Shown one piece after another: positions 20,378-29,652 of a DNA stretch of 64,000 bases (positions are counted from its first letter, which is position 1; every line of letters begins with the position of its first letter). Made by a program: the position numbers and the translations under genes. Under the pieces are notes generated by a model. The model had not been told where the DNA came from, searched no databases, and saw nothing but the letters and a program-made list of their open reading frames with translations. The DNA is taken from NCBI GenBank assembly GCA_014654705.1, contig JACVZY010000095.1, positions 5,045-69,044 on the forward strand, written 5' to 3'. This DNA is from Ignavibacteria bacterium. GTDB taxonomy: Bacteria; Bacteroidota; Ignavibacteria; Kapaibacteriales; UBA4661.

Positions 20378-21187
20378 TCATTTGGAGCAATATTGCTGTA
20401 CAAAATTTTTCAAGGTTGAAAAGTATGTTTCGCCAAGTTTCCAACCCTCTAAGTGTCTGCCCAGATATTCTACTAAACGCCGCTTTGCTTCGTAGCCTTT
20501 GACGATTGATTTTGCCTCGTCTAAAGGAGTGAAAGTGTCAGTTTTGCCAGCAAAAACGATGATTGGAATCGTAATACCTTGTATTGTTTGCTCCAGCGAT
20601 TTGCCACTTGATGGATAACGCAGAGTTTTACCTTTTGCCGACCAGCGCTCTACCGTTTGCCGCACATTCGCAACGGGGCTGTCGGCGGCGATAAAATCAA
20701 GTGAAGGCTTGACTGACTGAAACGCTATAATTGTTCCCATCGAAAAGCCAAGAACGCCAATTTTATCTGTTGGGTAAAGAATTTTTACGCTGCCAATGAC
20801 GGATTGCAGGTCGGTTGTAAATTCATCATAATACAAAACTTCGCGTGATGTGCTGAAATCAGAACTTTCTCCAAACCCACGATAGTCAAAAGTCACGACG
20901 CGAAAACCATGTTTTCGCAGACCATCGGCGTAGGAGATAAAATAACTCATATTGCCCGCATCACCTCCGGCAAGAATTATGGTTGTACCGATTTTTGCTG
21001 CGTTTTGCGGTTCAAACGTCCATGTGTTAATAAGTGCTGCATCGGGCGTTTTTATGCCGCTTTCGCGGAATTCAATACCGTATTTATCGGGTTTTGCTTT
21101 ATACCCTCGTTCGGGATTGACCGCAAATAGTGGCAGAAGTATTACTACCAACAATAAACCAGCTATCGTTGTTGTGCGAATAAGCAT
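20378..21187 (-). CDS. Secreted alpha/beta hydrolase
   Basis: FDYRGFGES, nucleophile elbow GFSMG, and D/H candidates (DTFTP, GRH). Confidence 0.85.
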   Translation of the reverse strand: MLIRTTTIAGLLLVVILLPLFAVNPERGYKAKPDKYGIEFRESGIKTPDAALINTWTFEPQNAAKIGTTIILAGGDAGNMSYFISYADGLRKHGFRVVTFDYRGFGESSDFSTSREVLYYDEFTTDLQSVIGSVKILYPTDKIGVLGFSMGTIIAFQSVKPSLDFIAADSPVANVRQTVERWSAKGKTLRYPSSGKSLEQTIQGITIPIIVFAGKTDTFTPLDEAKSIVKGYEAKRRLVEYLGRHLEGWKLGETYFSTLKNFVQQYCSK

Positions 21188-21303
21188 TGATACAGCGATT
21201 GAGCAATGGATGGACAAATGTAAAGAATTAGCCCCGCAATATACCAAATAAATCGAATTTTCATTCGTTAGAACAGATGAGAAAGAGAAATCTTGTTGGC
21301 GGT

Positions 21304-21343
21304 AAAAATGTGTTGCACCACACATTTTTTTGTCATAAATTTG
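21304..21343 (+). promoter_or_regulatory. marR promoter with an overlapping palindromic operator
   Basis: AAAAATGTGT-TGCACC-ACACATTTTT inverted repeat (21304-21329) covers TTGCAC; N17 spacer then TAAATTTG. Confidence 0.65.
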
Positions 21344-21347
21344 CGAT

Positions 21348-21839
21348 ATGAATACAACACTTCAAGAGCAACTGCGTTCCTCATCGCAGACAGAAAATAT
21401 TACTGTCGAGGCGATTGTAAATTTGTTTGTTGCAACCGATTACCTGCGCCAGCGCTTCGATAAAGTGTGTGCAGAAAACGGTATTACGCACACGCAATAC
21501 AATATTTTGCGTATTTTGAAAGGTGCATATCCGGGCGGGCACCCCCGCTGCGAAATTATGGTGCGAATGATAGAGCGTGCGCCTGATACTACGCGACTTC
21601 TCGACCGACTGGAGCAACAAGGCTTGGTAGAGCGCATACGTTCTGAGCATGATAAGCGGCTTTCGATTGCGCGCATCACGCCGAAAGGTTTGGACTTGCT
21701 GAATAATGCAGCCCCTCGCTTTAATGCGGTGTGGGACGAAATTTCTTGTAAGGTAAGCCGTGCTGAAAGTATGATGCTTGCTGAAATTTGCGAAAAACTT
21801 TCCGATGGCAACTGCAAGGAACTTCGGATTGATATGTGA
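21348..21839 (+). CDS. MarR family transcriptional regulator
   Basis: GITHTQYNILRILKG, DTTRLLDRLEQQGLVER...DKR...ITPKG winged helix. Confidence 0.93.
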   Translation: MNTTLQEQLRSSSQTENITVEAIVNLFVATDYLRQRFDKVCAENGITHTQYNILRILKGAYPGGHPRCEIMVRMIERAPDTTRLLDRLEQQGLVERIRSEHDKRLSIARITPKGLDLLNNAAPRFNAVWDEISCKVSRAESMMLAEICEKLSDGNCKELRIDM

Positions 21840-21908
21840 TATCTTACCCGCGCAGTTCCTTAGCGAAGAAGTACTTTCGCATTGGTCTGGTAGGGTATAT
21901 CTCTAGTT

Positions 21909-21920
21909 TGTGTTGCAACA
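21909..21920. promoter_or_regulatory. Second putative MarR operator
   Basis: TGTGTTGCAACA, containing the perfect palindrome TGTTGCAACA; 11/12 identical to TGTGTTGCACCA at 21309-21320. Confidence 0.5.
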
Positions 21921-21994
21921 TATTTTTTATTTTTTCGTCTGTACCTCAATATCAACGACAGTAAACATCTAAATTTAATAAAAAGGAAATACCA

Positions 21995-22303
21995 ATGAAA
22001 TCGTATATGGTTAATATCGCGCTTGGAGACTTTAGCGAGGAATTTATGAAACTTATTCCTCTACAGCGTGCGCAAGTGAATATCCTTATGCAGAGCAACC
22101 GCCTTGTCAGTTATGCGGTGTCGAGTGATAGAAAAACGCTTTGGATGACGATTAATGCTGAAAACGAGCATGAAGTTGAAAGTCTTGTGACAGCAATGCC
22201 GCTCCACAAGTATATGCGCATTGAAGAAACCCGTGAACTCATGTTCCACGAGCGAGCCGTTCCACAGCAAAGTCTTGGTATGCCTTCGTTCTCGCTGAAC
22301 TAA
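21995..22303 (+). CDS. Muconolactone delta-isomerase-like small protein
   Basis: 102 aa; IPLQRAQVN.LM....L.SYAVS.DR..LW...MPLHKYM pattern of the Bacteroidota MIase-like family. Confidence 0.65.
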   Translation: MKSYMVNIALGDFSEEFMKLIPLQRAQVNILMQSNRLVSYAVSSDRKTLWMTINAENEHEVESLVTAMPLHKYMRIEETRELMFHERAVPQQSLGMPSFSLN

Positions 22304-22367
22304 CGGTTTCTAGGCACACTCCCGCACCAACTCATTATTTTGACAAACACACCGAAAAGACTGGACA

Positions 22368-22574
22368 ATGGCAACACAAATCACAATAAAAAATAACGGC
22401 TCCATCAGAGTCGAAGGCGAGTTTGAGTTATTCGATGGCGCCGGCAATAAATTCGATTTACAGGGCAAGCCTGCCATCTCACTTTGTCGCTGCGGAGAAA
22501 GTGCGAATAAGCCTTTCTGCGACGGTGCGCATAAAAACTGTGGCTTCGCTTCGGAAGTTCTGGCTACCGTGTAA
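22368..22574 (+). CDS. CDGSH iron-sulfur domain protein
   Basis: LCRCGESANKPFCDGAH [2Fe-2S] motif. Confidence 0.93.
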   Translation: MATQITIKNNGSIRVEGEFELFDGAGNKFDLQGKPAISLCRCGESANKPFCDGAHKNCGFASEVLATV

Positions 22575-22601
22575 GTAAAAGCATGATAATTCAGTAAGAG
22601 C

Positions 22602-23096
22602 ATGATAATTTCTATGATAGCCGCCGTTGCCCGTAACTACACCATTGGAGCGGGCAATAGCCTACCGTGGGAAATGCCAACCGATATGCACTTTTTTATG
22701 AAGACCACTCGCGGTCATCATGTTATCATGGGGCGCAAGTCATTTGAAGACATCGGTAAGCCGCTTCAAGGGCGTACAAACATTGTCGTTACGCGCCAGG
22801 CGTCATATCAAGCTAACGGTGTTTGTATTGCTCATAGCCTCGATGAAGCGCTGGCTCTTGCTCGCCAGAATGGTGAAACAGAGGTCTTTATCATTGGTGG
22901 TGAGAATTTATTCACCGAAGGCTTACAGAAAGCAGATAAAATCTACCTTACGTGGATACACGCCGACTTTGAAGGCGATACGCATTTCCCGCGTTTTGAC
23001 CCGAAACAATGGCATGAGATTGAGCGCACTGATTGTGCGTCCGATGCTGAAAACCCTTATCCGTACTCGTTTACGACTCTTGCGAAAGCGCATTGA
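22602..23096 (+). CDS. folA: Dihydrofolate reductase
   Basis: IG..NSLPW..PTD, VIMGRKSF, RTNIVVTR, IIGG and GDTHFP. Confidence 0.95.
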   Translation: MIISMIAAVARNYTIGAGNSLPWEMPTDMHFFMKTTRGHHVIMGRKSFEDIGKPLQGRTNIVVTRQASYQANGVCIAHSLDEALALARQNGETEVFIIGGENLFTEGLQKADKIYLTWIHADFEGDTHFPRFDPKQWHEIERTDCASDAENPYPYSFTTLAKAH

Positions 23097-23172
23097 GCGC
23101 TGAGCCTGAAGAACCCTTCCGCACTTCTTCGCACCTCTCCTCTTTTTTTATCACCCTCAATTCCTTTGGGTT

Positions 23173-24183
23173 ATGGATGCTTACTCACAAATCATTACCT
23201 CGGCTCTAGAGCGAGCATCTAAGGGCGTGGTGAAAATTGATATTCTCACGCGGCAGAATGGTAAAATGTCGCAAGGCGGCACGGGCTCAGGCTTTATTTT
23301 CTCGTCTGACGGTTACGTACTGACCAATAGCCATGTTGTGCAGCGTGCTGACAAGATTATGCTCACGCTTCACGATGGTGCAGAGGAAGAAGCGAGCATC
23401 ATTGGCGATGACCCAGATACAGATTTAGCGCTCCTCAAGACATATGCACGTGATTATTCGCCTGTGACGTTGGGGGACTCGGAATCTCTCAAAATCGGGC
23501 AACTTGCCATTGCAATTGGCAATCCACTTGGATTCCAATATACCGTTACATCCGGTATCATTTCTTCATTGGGGCGCAGTATGCGAGCATATACGGGGCG
23601 GCTTATTGATAATGTTATCCAAACCGATGCAGCGCTTAATCCGGGCAACTCCGGTGGTCCTATGATTGATGGCTCGGGTTCGGTTATTGGCGTGAACACG
23701 GCTATTATTCAGGGTGCTCAGAATTTATCCTTCGCCGTGAGCATCAATACTGCCAAGCACGTTATTCCGCAGCTTATCAAGGATGGTAAAGTCAGGCGTG
23801 CCTATGTTGGTATTGGCACACAGCAAGTGGAATTGCATAAGCGTCTCATTCAATTTCACAATCTTTCCCATCGTCGGGCGCTGTATGTGCTGACAATTGA
23901 GCCGAAAAGCCCTGCGGCGGAGTCGGGCTTGCAGCAAGGCGATATCTTGATTTCCTTTAATAGTCACCCTATTGAAAGCGCAGATGACCTTTTTGCGCGG
24001 CTTACGGCGGACACAATTGATAGCGTTCAGTACCTGAGCATCCTACGGGACAAAAAGCGTAAGGTCATTGAAATATATCCTGCCGAAATCCTGCAAACAG
24101 CCGAAATGCGCAAGGCTATTCGCAAATCTGCCAGCCCAACCTTTCGTAATCGTGCAATGAATAATCGCTCTGCTGCATCGTAG
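23173..24183 (+). CDS. HtrA/DegQ-like S1C serine protease with PDZ domain, no signal peptide
   Basis: TNSHVV, DLALL and IQTDAALNPGNSGGP catalytic triad; C-terminal PDZ. Confidence 0.92.
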   Translation: MDAYSQIITSALERASKGVVKIDILTRQNGKMSQGGTGSGFIFSSDGYVLTNSHVVQRADKIMLTLHDGAEEEASIIGDDPDTDLALLKTYARDYSPVTLGDSESLKIGQLAIAIGNPLGFQYTVTSGIISSLGRSMRAYTGRLIDNVIQTDAALNPGNSGGPMIDGSGSVIGVNTAIIQGAQNLSFAVSINTAKHVIPQLIKDGKVRRAYVGIGTQQVELHKRLIQFHNLSHRRALYVLTIEPKSPAAESGLQQGDILISFNSHPIESADDLFARLTADTIDSVQYLSILRDKKRKVIEIYPAEILQTAEMRKAIRKSASPTFRNRAMNNRSAAS

Positions 24184-24422
24184 TCTTTTGCAAAGCGGAG
24201 TTCTGCAAAATATTGGTTTGGTCAAAATGTATATGTGCAAAGAAATAAGCACATAATGAACTCCCACGCCGCTTGGGGCGAATTTGAATGTACCTAAAGA
24301 AAACTCTACGCAAAAAAATATTTTGGACTTTTCAGAAAAGTGTTCTATTTTTGTAGGCTATTACATTTACGCTGCTACTGCTCTTTTCCAATAGACATTT
24401 TCGGCTGACAATTTTACGTTTT

Positions 24423-24505
24423 GGGTAGGTACCAGAGTGGCCAAATGGGGCAGACTGTAAATCTGCTGGCTTACGCCTTCGGAGGTTCGACTCCTTCCCT
24501 ACCCA
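24423..24505 (+). tRNA. tRNA-Tyr (GTA)
   Basis: GGGTAGG/CCTACCC acceptor stem, anticodon arm GCAGA-CTGTAAA-TCTGC, long variable arm, TTCGA. Confidence 0.96.
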
Positions 24506-24559
24506 CAGATGACAGCACTTCTGCTGTCGGCGCGAAAAATGTAATACCACGAGGCGATT

Positions 24560-24632
24560 GCGGGAGTAACTCAGTTGGTAGAGTCACAGCCTTCCAAGCT
24601 GTTGGTCGCGGGTTCGAGTCCCGTCTCCCGCT
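24560..24632 (+). tRNA. tRNA-Gly (TCC)
   Basis: GCGGGAG/CTCCCGC acceptor stem, anticodon loop CTTCCAA. Confidence 0.96.
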
Positions 24633-24677
24633 CACGTTCATTTTCGCTCGTTCATCTTCCACACTCTTGGCAGCAAT

Positions 24678-24749
24678 GCGGGAATAACTCAGTGGTAGAG
24701 TCGCAGCTTCCCAAGCTGAAGGTCGCGGGTTCAAATCCCGTTTCCCGCT
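24678..24749 (+). tRNA. tRNA-Gly (CCC)
   Basis: GCGGGAA/TTCCCGC acceptor stem, anticodon loop TTCCCAA. Confidence 0.95.
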
Positions 24750-24806
24750 CAAAATTGAGACTGCGGAATAGTTCGGTTGCGAATGAAAGACTTGGAAAAC
24801 TATAAC

Positions 24807-24882
24807 GCTGATGTAGCTCAGATGGTAGAGCACATCCTTGGTAAGGATGAGGTCGGCAGTTCAATCCTGCTCATCAGCTCCA
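24807..24882 (+). tRNA. tRNA-Thr (GGT), CCA encoded
   Basis: GCTGATG/CATCAGC acceptor stem, anticodon loop TTGGTAA. Confidence 0.96.
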
Positions 24883-24903
24883 TGCAGTCTTTCTTACAGG
24901 TAA

Positions 24904-24928
24904 GCACAGGCAGAAACGTCTGTGCTGC
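24904..24928. repeat. REP-like palindrome between tRNA-Thr and tRNA-Trp
   Basis: Minus strand GCAGCACAGACGTTTCTGCCTGTGC resembles GTAGCACAGACATTCCTGTCTGTG at 61324. Confidence 0.6.
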
Positions 24929-24975
24929 TTTGTCATTAGGACAGCAGAACGTTCTTTCGGATAGTCAGCATATAC

Positions 24976-25048
24976 ACGGGCGTAGCTCAACTGGTAGAGT
25001 GGCGGTCTCCAAAACCGTAGGTTGCGGGTTCGATTCCTGCCGCCCGTG
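24976..25048 (+). tRNA. tRNA-Trp (CCA)
   Basis: ACGGGCG/CGCCCGT acceptor stem, anticodon loop CTCCAAA; directly upstream of secE. Confidence 0.96.
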
Positions 25049-25081
25049 CAAACAATTTTATCACTTCGTTTGACATTTGCT

Positions 25082-25264
25082 ATGATTGAAAGCATCAAAA
25101 AATTCGTTGAAGATGTTCGCAAAGAAATGAACAAAGTCGCTTGGCCCACGCGCGAGCAGCTTCGTGAAGCGACAACCGTTGTCATCGTAACGTGTCTTGT
25201 GGTTGCCGTTGCTGTTTATCTCGTGGACACGCTCATGACGCTTGGGATGGGTAGCCTTTTCTAG
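25082..25264 (+). CDS. secE: Preprotein translocase subunit SecE
   Basis: EMNKVAWPTREQL plus one TM helix; synteny tRNA-Trp-secE-nusG. Confidence 0.95.
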   Translation: MIESIKKFVEDVRKEMNKVAWPTREQLREATTVVIVTCLVVAVAVYLVDTLMTLGMGSLF

Positions 25265-25384
25265 GGAAATTTTAGGGACTTCTACAATAAATTTCCCAAA
25301 AATCTTCACCCCTCCCCTGTGTCGATACTCTTCGGTTAACCAACTGTCTTTGTTTTATCTTTATTCTTAAGGCGCACAAGAGCA

Positions 25385-25924
25385 ATGGGCAACGAACTGA
25401 AATGGTACGCATTGCGCACGTTCTCCGGTCACGAAGAGCGTGTTCGTAAGGCGCTTTTGGCTGAGATTAACCGCCTTCAAATTCAAGACCGCTTCACCGA
25501 GATTTTAGTGCCTCAAGAGTCTGTCTATGAGAATCGGAATGGCAAAAAATATAAGCGGACACGAAATTTTCTTCCAGGCTATATCATTATCAAAGCCGTA
25601 TTAGACAATCGCGTCAAAGACGTGATTTCTAATACACCGTCTATGCTGGGTTTTCTCGGCACGAAGCCCGAGCCTGATCCACTCCGTGACGATGAGGTTG
25701 ACCGCATCTTGGGACGTGTAGAAGAGCGTAAAAATATTGCCGTAGCAGAAACACATTTCGCTGAGGGCGACCCCGTAAAAGTAATTGCCGGACCATTTAC
25801 CGGTTTTTCTGGGACGGTCAAGGAAGTGAATAACGAAAAGCAGAAACTCAAAGTAGAGGTCGGCATCTTGGGACGCAAAACACCCGTAGAATTGGACTTT
25901 AGCCAGATTGAAATTGAAGCATAA
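25385..25924 (+). CDS. nusG: Transcription termination/antitermination factor NusG
   Basis: WYALRTFSGHE, FLPGY and KOW motif GPFTGFSG...LGRKTPVEL. Confidence 0.97.
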   Translation: MGNELKWYALRTFSGHEERVRKALLAEINRLQIQDRFTEILVPQESVYENRNGKKYKRTRNFLPGYIIIKAVLDNRVKDVISNTPSMLGFLGTKPEPDPLRDDEVDRILGRVEERKNIAVAETHFAEGDPVKVIAGPFTGFSGTVKEVNNEKQKLKVEVGILGRKTPVELDFSQIEIEA

Positions 25925-25969
25925 ATACCATAAAACATCAATATCTCACTTTTTCACTAGGTATCAGCA

Positions 25970-26395
25970 ATGGCAAAAAAAGTAGCAGGCGCATTTAAGC
26001 TGCAACTTCCCGGCGGTCAAGCAACAATGGCTCCGCCAGTTGGTCCCGCCTTCGGTCAGCGCGGTCTAAGCGGTATGGAATTCGTTAAACAATTCAATGC
26101 AAAGACCCAAAAACAAGCCGGTCAAGTTATTCCGGCAGTTATTACATTTTACAGCGATAAGACGTTCACCTTTGAACTCAAGTCGCCACCGGCTGCTGAA
26201 CTTATCAAAGCTGCTATCAAACTACCTAAAGGCTCAGCAGAACCGAACCGCAATAAAGTTGGTTCTATGACGATGAAACAGGTAGAAGAGGTTGCGAAAC
26301 TCAAAATGGCTGACCTTAACTGCGATAGCATCGAATCTGCAATGCAAATGATTATTGGCACTGCGAAAAGTCTCGGTGTTACCGTTGACGGCTAA
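25970..26395 (+). CDS. rplK: 50S ribosomal protein L11
   Basis: APPVGPAFGQRG, FNAKT and GTAKSLG. Confidence 0.97.
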   Translation: MAKKVAGAFKLQLPGGQATMAPPVGPAFGQRGLSGMEFVKQFNAKTQKQAGQVIPAVITFYSDKTFTFELKSPPAAELIKAAIKLPKGSAEPNRNKVGSMTMKQVEEVAKLKMADLNCDSIESAMQMIIGTAKSLGVTVDG

Positions 26396-26481
26396 GCAGC
26401 ACACCCAATGTTGAGTGGTTCGCTCTGCATTGTATTGTTAAAAGTATTGCAAACACTCGCCTTTGTATCTGAAAATTTAAC

Positions 26482-26515
26482 GCGGAAGGGCAGTCAGAAC
26501 GCCCGTTTGTACCGC
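26482..26515 (+). promoter_or_regulatory. Putative ribosomal protein L1 autoregulatory mRNA site
   Basis: GCGG-AA-GGGC...GCCC-GTTTGTA-CCGC stem/internal loop/stem in the rplK-rplA spacer, resembling L1-binding rRNA mimics. Confidence 0.6.
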
Positions 26516-26545
26516 ATTTATACACCTTGTTTCTGACGTTACACT

Positions 26546-27250
26546 ATGAAACGCCACAGTAAACGCTTTAATGCTGCGTTCAAAAGCATTACCCCTGATA
26601 AAGAATATACCATTGCCGAAGCAATCGCTCTTGTAAAGAAAAACGCAACAGCAAAATTCGATGAATCGTTCGATATTGCTATGCAGCTGGGCGTTGACCC
26701 CCGCAAAGCAGACCAAGTAGTGCGCGGTACAGTGGCACTGCCACACGGTACAGGGAAAACAGTTCGCGTACTTGTTATCGCTAAATCTCCTCTTGATAAA
26801 GAAGCTCTCGCTGCAGGTGCTGATTACGCCGGCTTTGAAGATTATCTCGAGAAAATTCAAGGTGGTTGGACAGATACCGATATTATCATCGCTACACCGG
26901 ACGTGATGGGGCAGCTCGGGCGTTTGGGTAAAATCCTTGGTCCGCGTGGTCTTATGCCAAACCCCAAAAGCGGCACCGTTACCACAGACGTTGCGAAGGC
27001 AGTTCGTGAAGTGAAAGCCGGTAAAATTGAATTCCGTGTTGATAAAGCCGGAAATATTCATGCGGGCATTGGTAAAGCATCCTTCGACCCCGCTAAACTT
27101 GAAGATAACTTCCGTACCTTCTACGCAAGCATCATTCGCGCAAAACCCTCAACCGCAAAAGGCAAGTATGTGAAAAGCGTACACCTTTCTTCCACGATGG
27201 GTCCAGGCGTTGCTATCTCCGAAACCGAACTCTTGGCTATTCAAGGGTAA
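26546..27250 (+). CDS. rplA: 50S ribosomal protein L1
   Basis: [20 protein letters not shown] and [15 protein letters not shown]. Confidence 0.97.
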   Translation: MKRHSKRFNAAFKSITPDKEYTIAEAIALVKKNATAKFDESFDIAMQLGVDPRKADQVVRGTVALPHGTGKTVRVLVIAKSPLDKEALAAGADYAGFEDYLEKIQGGWTDTDIIIATPDVMGQLGRLGKILGPRGLMPNPKSGTVTTDVAKAVREVKAGKIEFRVDKAGNIHAGIGKASFDPAKLEDNFRTFYASIIRAKPSTAKGKYVKSVHLSSTMGPGVAISETELLAIQG

Positions 27251-27406
27251 TTCGTTCTTGCTGATGTGAGTGCGCCTGTTCCAAACGGGTATTCCATTAG
27301 CGATACAGAATTTTTAATTTGCTTACGCACTCGTGATGAACGCTGTAACGGACATCACAACTCTTATCTCATATTTCGACCACGCATTTTTAATCCATAA
27401 TTCAGC

Positions 27407-27931
27407 ATGGTTACCAAAGAGAAAAAACGCGAGATTGTTGCCGGACTTGTCCGCCAACTCGAAAACACAAAGTCCTTGTACCTTGTGAATCCGGGTGGTA
27501 TGACCGTAGCGCAATCTGGCGAACTCCGTCGGGAATTCCGCAAAGTCAATGCTGAAATGAAATTGGCAAAAAATACGCTTATCCGCCTTGCTCTCAAAGA
27601 AGACGGAAAATTCACCGTTTCCGATACAGCCCTCAAGGGCAATACGGCAATTGTGTTTGCGTATGATGACCCTATTGCTCCGGCAAAAGTCATTCGGAAG
27701 TATTTCGAGAAAGACAAACGCCCGGAACTCAAAATTGCTATCATCGAAGGTCAATCCTTTGATGGCTCGCAATTGAAAACTGTGTCCGAACTTCCGACAC
27801 GTGAGGATATGATTGCAGGTATCGTCGGCAGTATCCATGCCCCGATATCCGGTATCGTAGGTGCTATCAACGCCGTTATGCGTGATGTAGCATCCCTCGT
27901 TGAAGAAGTTGCAAAAAAGCAGGGAAAATAA
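27407..27931 (+). CDS. rplJ: 50S ribosomal protein L10
   Basis: GMTVAQ..ELR, KNTLIRLA and LPTREDMIA; synteny. Confidence 0.95.
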   Translation: MVTKEKKREIVAGLVRQLENTKSLYLVNPGGMTVAQSGELRREFRKVNAEMKLAKNTLIRLALKEDGKFTVSDTALKGNTAIVFAYDDPIAPAKVIRKYFEKDKRPELKIAIIEGQSFDGSQLKTVSELPTREDMIAGIVGSIHAPISGIVGAINAVMRDVASLVEEVAKKQGK

Positions 27932-28069
27932 TACGTGCTTTTTTTGGCGCTGACAATTTCATTTTCACTCTTGACATAAGCGCGGTCTAACCGCTTACAA
28001 CTTGTTCTGCTAAAAAGCGGGGCATTTATTACGAACAAAACATTTTTCATTTTTTTGGAGTTATTAGCA

Positions 28070-28450
28070 ATGTCTGACAAAGTAGCAAAACTCGTAGAAG
28101 ATATTAGCAGCCTTTCCCTTATGGAAGCTGCTGACCTTAAAAAAGCTCTTGAAGATAAATTCGGCGTAACAGCTGCTGCTCCCATGATGATGGGCGCAAT
28201 GCCGGCTGCTGCCGGTGCTGCTGTTGCCGCAGAAGAAAAAACCGAATTTGACGTTGAGCTTACCGATGGTGGCGCAAGCAAATTGAACGTTATCAAAGTT
28301 GTCCGTGAACTCACGGGTCTTGGCTTGAAAGAAGCAAAAGACTTGGTTGACGGTGCACCGAAAGTCGTTAAAGAAGCTGCAACCAAAGAAGAAGCAGACA
28401 GCATGAAAAAGAAACTCGAAGAAGCAGGCGCAAAAGTTACTCTCAAGTAA
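28070..28450 (+). CDS. rplL: 50S ribosomal protein L7/L12
   Basis: [10 protein letters not shown] and [19 protein letters not shown]. Confidence 0.97.
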   Translation: MSDKVAKLVEDISSLSLMEAADLKKALEDKFGVTAAAPMMMGAMPAAAGAAVAAEEKTEFDVELTDGGASKLNVIKVVRELTGLGLKEAKDLVDGAPKVVKEAATKEEADSMKKKLEEAGAKVTLK

Positions 28451-28480
28451 TTTGTCTGTTCTCATTCGAGAGCAATACTT

Positions 28481-28517
28481 CAAGGGCAATCGCATCAAGC
28501 GGTTGCCCTTGTTTTTT
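28481..28517 (+). terminator. Intrinsic terminator ending the rpl operon
   Basis: CAAGGGCAATCGC-ATCAA-GCGGTTGCCCTTG followed by TTTTTT. Confidence 0.85.
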
Positions 28518-28538
28518 GTTGATGGAAAAATGCTCGTC

Positions 28539-29537
28539 TTACACAATAAAGCATTCGCCAATACGATTAAGAGCAATTTTGCTTTCATGCCGGTGCGCTG
28601 CTCCGAATAAGCGCTGGAGAGGCTCGTGCGGCTCTTCATCGCTTTGGTCGAAGGTGGAGCAGTGCATCGGGATGAAGTACTCTGCTCGCATTTCGCTTGC
28701 CATTTGGAGCGCTTGCTCTGGCGTGCAGTGGAGCGATTCGTAGCCGTGATATGCACCAATGGGCATAATTGCTACATCAACACCTTCATTCCGAAGCGAA
28801 GAAAAATGGGGTGTATAAGCAGTATCACCACCAAATACTACCGTTTTCCCACCGCCTGCAAGCAAATATCCGTTGTAGCTCCGCCCCGAATCCGTGTATC
28901 CTCCCGCTCTATCGCGCTCCCATGGCAAACGCCAGCCGTTGTGGCGGGTTTCAAGCCCGCATATTTTTATCCCCTCCAGCCAAAGTTCTTCTTCCCAATC
29001 CAATTCGGTAATGGACTTCCACGCCAAATTATCCAGTACATCGCGGGTATTTTTTGCCGTGACGATATGAATTTCTTCAGAGTAGCGTGAGGCAAAACGC
29101 CGCAGTGTTGGTACGTCTGTATGGTCAAGGTGTGCGTGGGAAAGCAAGATAATATCAGGTCTGGGTAAATCTTCAAGTGCTCGGGCAGGCTTTGTGTAAC
29201 GCTCTATACCAATAATTTTCCCGCAAATATCTATCCCGACGCGCTCCGAGAGCACAGGATCAGTCAATACCCATTTGCCCGCGATGTTGAGAAGCATGGT
29301 TGCATGACCAATCCATTCTATACTTATTGATGGCGATGCTAGAGCTGAAGAAGGGGAAAGAGGCGGGAGTGAGGGAAATGGTGGTGGCAGAAATGAGGGC
29401 ACAGTCGTATTGCTGCGTAGATCGAGACGTGGTGTTCGGGTAGGCTTTCGTCGCCGTGCAGGACGCAGTGCATCAAGCGTGGCGGTCATTGCTGTCCGTA
29501 CTAATTCATGCCGGGAAATGGGTTGCGCTTGGAACAT
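28539..29537 (-). CDS. MBL-fold metallohydrolase (RomA/NAPE-PLD-like); start uncertain
   Basis: WIGHAT, LTDPV, LSHAHLDH, FGGDTAY, MPIGAY and IPMH. Confidence 0.88.
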   Translation of the reverse strand: MFQAQPISRHELVRTAMTATLDALRPARRRKPTRTPRLDLRSNTTVPSFLPPPFPSLPPLSPSSALASPSISIEWIGHATMLLNIAGKWVLTDPVLSERVGIDICGKIIGIERYTKPARALEDLPRPDIILLSHAHLDHTDVPTLRRFASRYSEEIHIVTAKNTRDVLDNLAWKSITELDWEEELWLEGIKICGLETRHNGWRLPWERDRAGGYTDSGRSYNGYLLAGGGKTVVFGGDTAYTPHFSSLRNEGVDVAIMPIGAYHGYESLHCTPEQALQMASEMRAEYFIPMHCSTFDQSDEEPHEPLQRLFGAAHRHESKIALNRIGECFIV

Positions 29538-29652
29538 AGTCTTATTGCGTTATGGAACAAATCGTTTTTGCGAATACTGCTTGGTGAATTTTCGCTGCAA
29601 TAATACACGTTTTTGGGTGAAAAATCATATTACCAAAACGCTACACATCGTA

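Noticed and set aside
21815-21870. Hairpin around the marR TGA stop (AAGGAACT...AGTTCCTT), considered as Sec/readthrough signal
   Set aside because: Readthrough would add only seven codons before TAG, and the stop is inside the stem-loop rather than upstream of a SECIS-like hairpin.
24332-25073. Several short ORFs on both strands
   Set aside because: They overlap the five tRNA genes and are spurious.
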